The translations under genes and the position numbers were made by a program. A stretch of DNA of 63,786 nt, counting the filler, from Olpidium bornovanus S191 (Eukaryota; Fungi; Olpidiomycota), in NCBI GenBank assembly GCA_017911155.1. It is 28 parts of 28 records of this genome, joined end to end, with 100 filler letters (N's around TTAATTAATTAA, not from the genome) between each part and the next. Parts side by side here need not be neighbours in the genome. Positions count along the whole stretch, not along the records: positions 58,343 to 61,891 come from JAEFCI010001703.1; positions 61,992 to 63,786 come from JAEFCI010000389.1; 26 more parts are not named here. The stretch is one strand, 5' to 3'. The notes beneath the pieces were generated by a model. That model worked only from the letters and a program-made list of their open reading frames with translations, had not been told where the DNA came from and made no database searches. Shown in pieces: positions 61,445 through 63,786 of this stretch (position 1 is its first letter; each line of letters begins with the position of its first letter).

Positions 61445-62400
61445 CAACACACGCGCAAACGGCGGATTGCGGGCATGTGGGAAAATGCGAAAAAAAGAAT
61501 TTAATTTAGGGAAACGAGCACCAAAGAGCGGCTGCGCGGGCGTTGTCATCGTTTTGCGGGTCGCGGAAGTTACAGCGGAGCTTTTTTGATTTTTATCTTT
61601 GTTTTTTTTTTCCGGCTCGCGGCTTCCAAAAACCAGCCTTTTCCCCCCAGCTACGGACCGTTTTTACACAGCCCGAGCAGAGAGGGCGGGGCCGGTCCAG
61701 CGACTCAGAGCGTACGTACTCGGTCTTCTACCCTTCCGCTACTCCTACGTAAAACCAAAATAAAGCGAACCATGTCAACCCGGAAGCGGAGCGAGAGGCG
61801 GGCGAGACTGTCCCTGTCCCAAACGGTTATGAGAGCCCAAAGCGGACCAGCGCAGACGAGAGAGGCACGGGAGACTTACCCGCCTTCTCCCNNNNNNNNN
61901 NNNNNNNNNNNNNNNNNNNNNNNNNNNNNNNNNNNTTAATTAATTAANNNNNNNNNNNNNNNNNNNNNNNNNNNNNNNNNNNNNNNNNNNNCATGCCTCG
62001 GCGCGCATCCTTCTAAAATTTATTCGTGATTAACTTCATTTTAGGATTAGGATTAGGGAACAACTATTTCCGGCGGCCTCAACGTACCGGAGTTAGCCCG
62101 CTGAACGACCCCGGAGCAACCGCAATCTTGGGACGTGGTGTCACCAACGGGAAATTTGGACGGTACAACGGCGTTCCGCCTCCTGTGGTATCAGTTCTGG
62201 TTCATCAGCAACTTCCGATGAACCAAAACCAGAACAGATGGATTGCCGTTGGACGGTGAAGTGCACATGCGACGTGAAGTGCACGTACGCGAGCCAGAGA
62301 GAGCCGCAAAGGCTCCCAACCCCGGTCTTGGCGTCGACGCAGTCCAAGAAAACAGCGGTGTACCTGATTCTTGGCCCCCAGCAGTGCACCGCGCCACAGG

Positions 62401-62976
62401 TTAGTCGATATACTGTCGCACGAACCTGTTACCTTGACGTGAACCAGAAATACCAGCATGTCGCGCACCTTCCGACGACTTCTTCCGTCGTTTCTGCAGA
62501 TCCTCCGGGGAGGTCGAACGGCTGGGCAAGTGGAAGCGATCGCTGTCTGCAGAGAACTGCGGCACGTTTGTCCATGTAGTGGCTGGCTGCACGTGCAGCC
62601 CCGCGTCTGCGGTACCTGTCGTTGTCCTTGGTTCTCGTACCGGGGTTCCGTGGTTCGCCACATCGGCGCTTCCAACCGACCCTTCGCCAGCCGAAGCGTC
62701 CGTGTCGTATTCTCCTTCGGCCATCTCGTACTCTTCCTCGTAGTCCGCCTCCAGGTTCTCGCCATTCTCGCCGCCCTCGTCGGACTCTCCGAAATCCTCC
62801 GACTCTTCAACACTCTCAGTCTCCACCTCGTCGTCGTCCTTCTCGAGGATTTGCTGGGCGTCGCGCCGCGACGGCCGCGTTGCCGGGGTGAGCAGCCGGG
62901 TACCGCGTCGCTCCATGTCTCGCCTGTTTGCTGGGCCACAGCTGGCGCTTAGGGGGGTCGCGGGAAAAACTTTCAA
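62401..62976 (-). CDS. Hypothetical protein exon with long Asp/Glu-rich tract
   Basis: 191-aa ORF containing DDDEVETESVEESEDFGESDEGGENGENLEADYEEEYEMAEGEYD; probably one exon of a larger gene with protein-like frames near 63290-63080 and 63785-63560. Confidence 0.45.
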   Translation of the reverse strand: MKVFPATPLSASCGPANRRDMERRGTRLLTPATRPSRRDAQQILEKDDDEVETESVEESEDFGESDEGGENGENLEADYEEEYEMAEGEYDTDASAGEGSVGSADVANHGTPVREPRTTTGTADAGLHVQPATTWTNVPQFSADSDRFHLPSRSTSPEDLQKRRKKSSEGARHAGISGSRQGNRFVRQYID

Positions 62977-63786
62977 TTTTTTTTTCTTTTTTTCCGTCCG
63001 GTGAAGTCGTTGCGGAGGTGACTAAGGATCTCGGAGCACTCCCCGGGACGCTCGCCCCGCGAATCAACCTGCTTCTTCCGCGCACGTGGACGACGACTTG
63101 CCCATCGTCGTGTCCTGCAAAGCCGATGGTCCTAGCACGCGGCTCAAGGCGGCTGCCTCGTTTTGTTGTCGTGCATCATCGAATCGGCGCTGATCTCGAA
63201 GGGTGCGGGAGACGTTTTTCGCTTGGTTCCACACCACATCGTCTGCAGGGTATGGCAGTACACTGTAACCAAATCTTTCAGAGTTCAGCAGCTGGTGAAA
63301 TTTATGTCATTTCCAGTATTGCAGCCTCTGATCTGGTGATTTATGCCTGTCACGTTTAACGTCGGGTGCAACCTATCGACTGCGTCATTCACCGACGTGA
63401 ATTTTCTCGGAGCCACCTGCTCCAACTCTGGTTATGCGAGGTCGTGGCGCTCCTGTTTGCCTTCAAGCTGCGAGTTCTGCACTTTCCTGGTTTAAAAAAA
63501 TTTGCAGCTCTCGTTCTTCTGTGACCTCCTGGTGACGTTGACACTCATTTGCCTCGGTGTCTCACTTCTATTTGCAAGTTGAACGAAGGCACCCGCCACA
63601 GCTAAAATCAAATAATGAAAAAACAAAGCATTTTCTGATTTCCTTGAACTTTTGGCCCACACAAAACTGACATCGTAGGTCTCATCCGGAATCAAGAATG
63701 GGGCTAAAGTGTCCGTTTGGCGTGCGGTCGTTTGTCTGCCGATGTCACTGACAGGGAAAAATCCGTTCTCAGATTTGTTTGACATG

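Noticed and set aside
62040-62058. TTAGGATTAGGATTAGGG telomere-like sequence
   Set aside because: Only three imperfect units, internal to the contig; within chance expectation.
1-63786. rRNA, tRNA, snRNA genes, a biosynthetic gene cluster, or an alternative genetic code
   Set aside because: No cloverleaf or rRNA signatures seen by eye (tRNAscan-SE and Infernal not run); contigs are unlinked; well-supported genes use TGA and TAA as normal stops.

Overview
This window is not one contiguous locus. It is 28 short contigs (about 1.3-3.8 kb each) joined by 27 identical artificial 100-bp linkers (N44-TTAATTAATTAA-N44), so adjacency across linkers has no biological meaning. The DNA is a GC-rich, intron-rich fungal nuclear genome: it encodes chitin synthase, VAC8, YPD1, ATG15, GPI2, LCL3, ACO1, POL2, PPT1, MSM1, NTM1, JJJ1 and ETP1/BRAP, with GT-AG introns. 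An early-diverging fungus such as Olpidium is my unverified inference. Most genes are truncated at contig ends. No rRNA, tRNA or CRISPR array was found. The most unusual items are: (1) a spliced eIF4E-family gene fused to a >750-aa acidic N-terminus with about 21 ten-residue repeats, with altered cap-binding and eIF4G-binding tryptophans; (2) an intron-containing, bacterial-type isoaspartyl dipeptidase (IadA); (3) an AT-rich island with a decayed Polinton/virophage-like integrase, preceded by a possible capsid-type ORF end; (4) a small dispersed repeat shared by two contigs; (5) strong enrichment of CATG at contig ends. Gypsy and Copia relics are also present. All family assignments come from motif recognition by eye; no database search was run.
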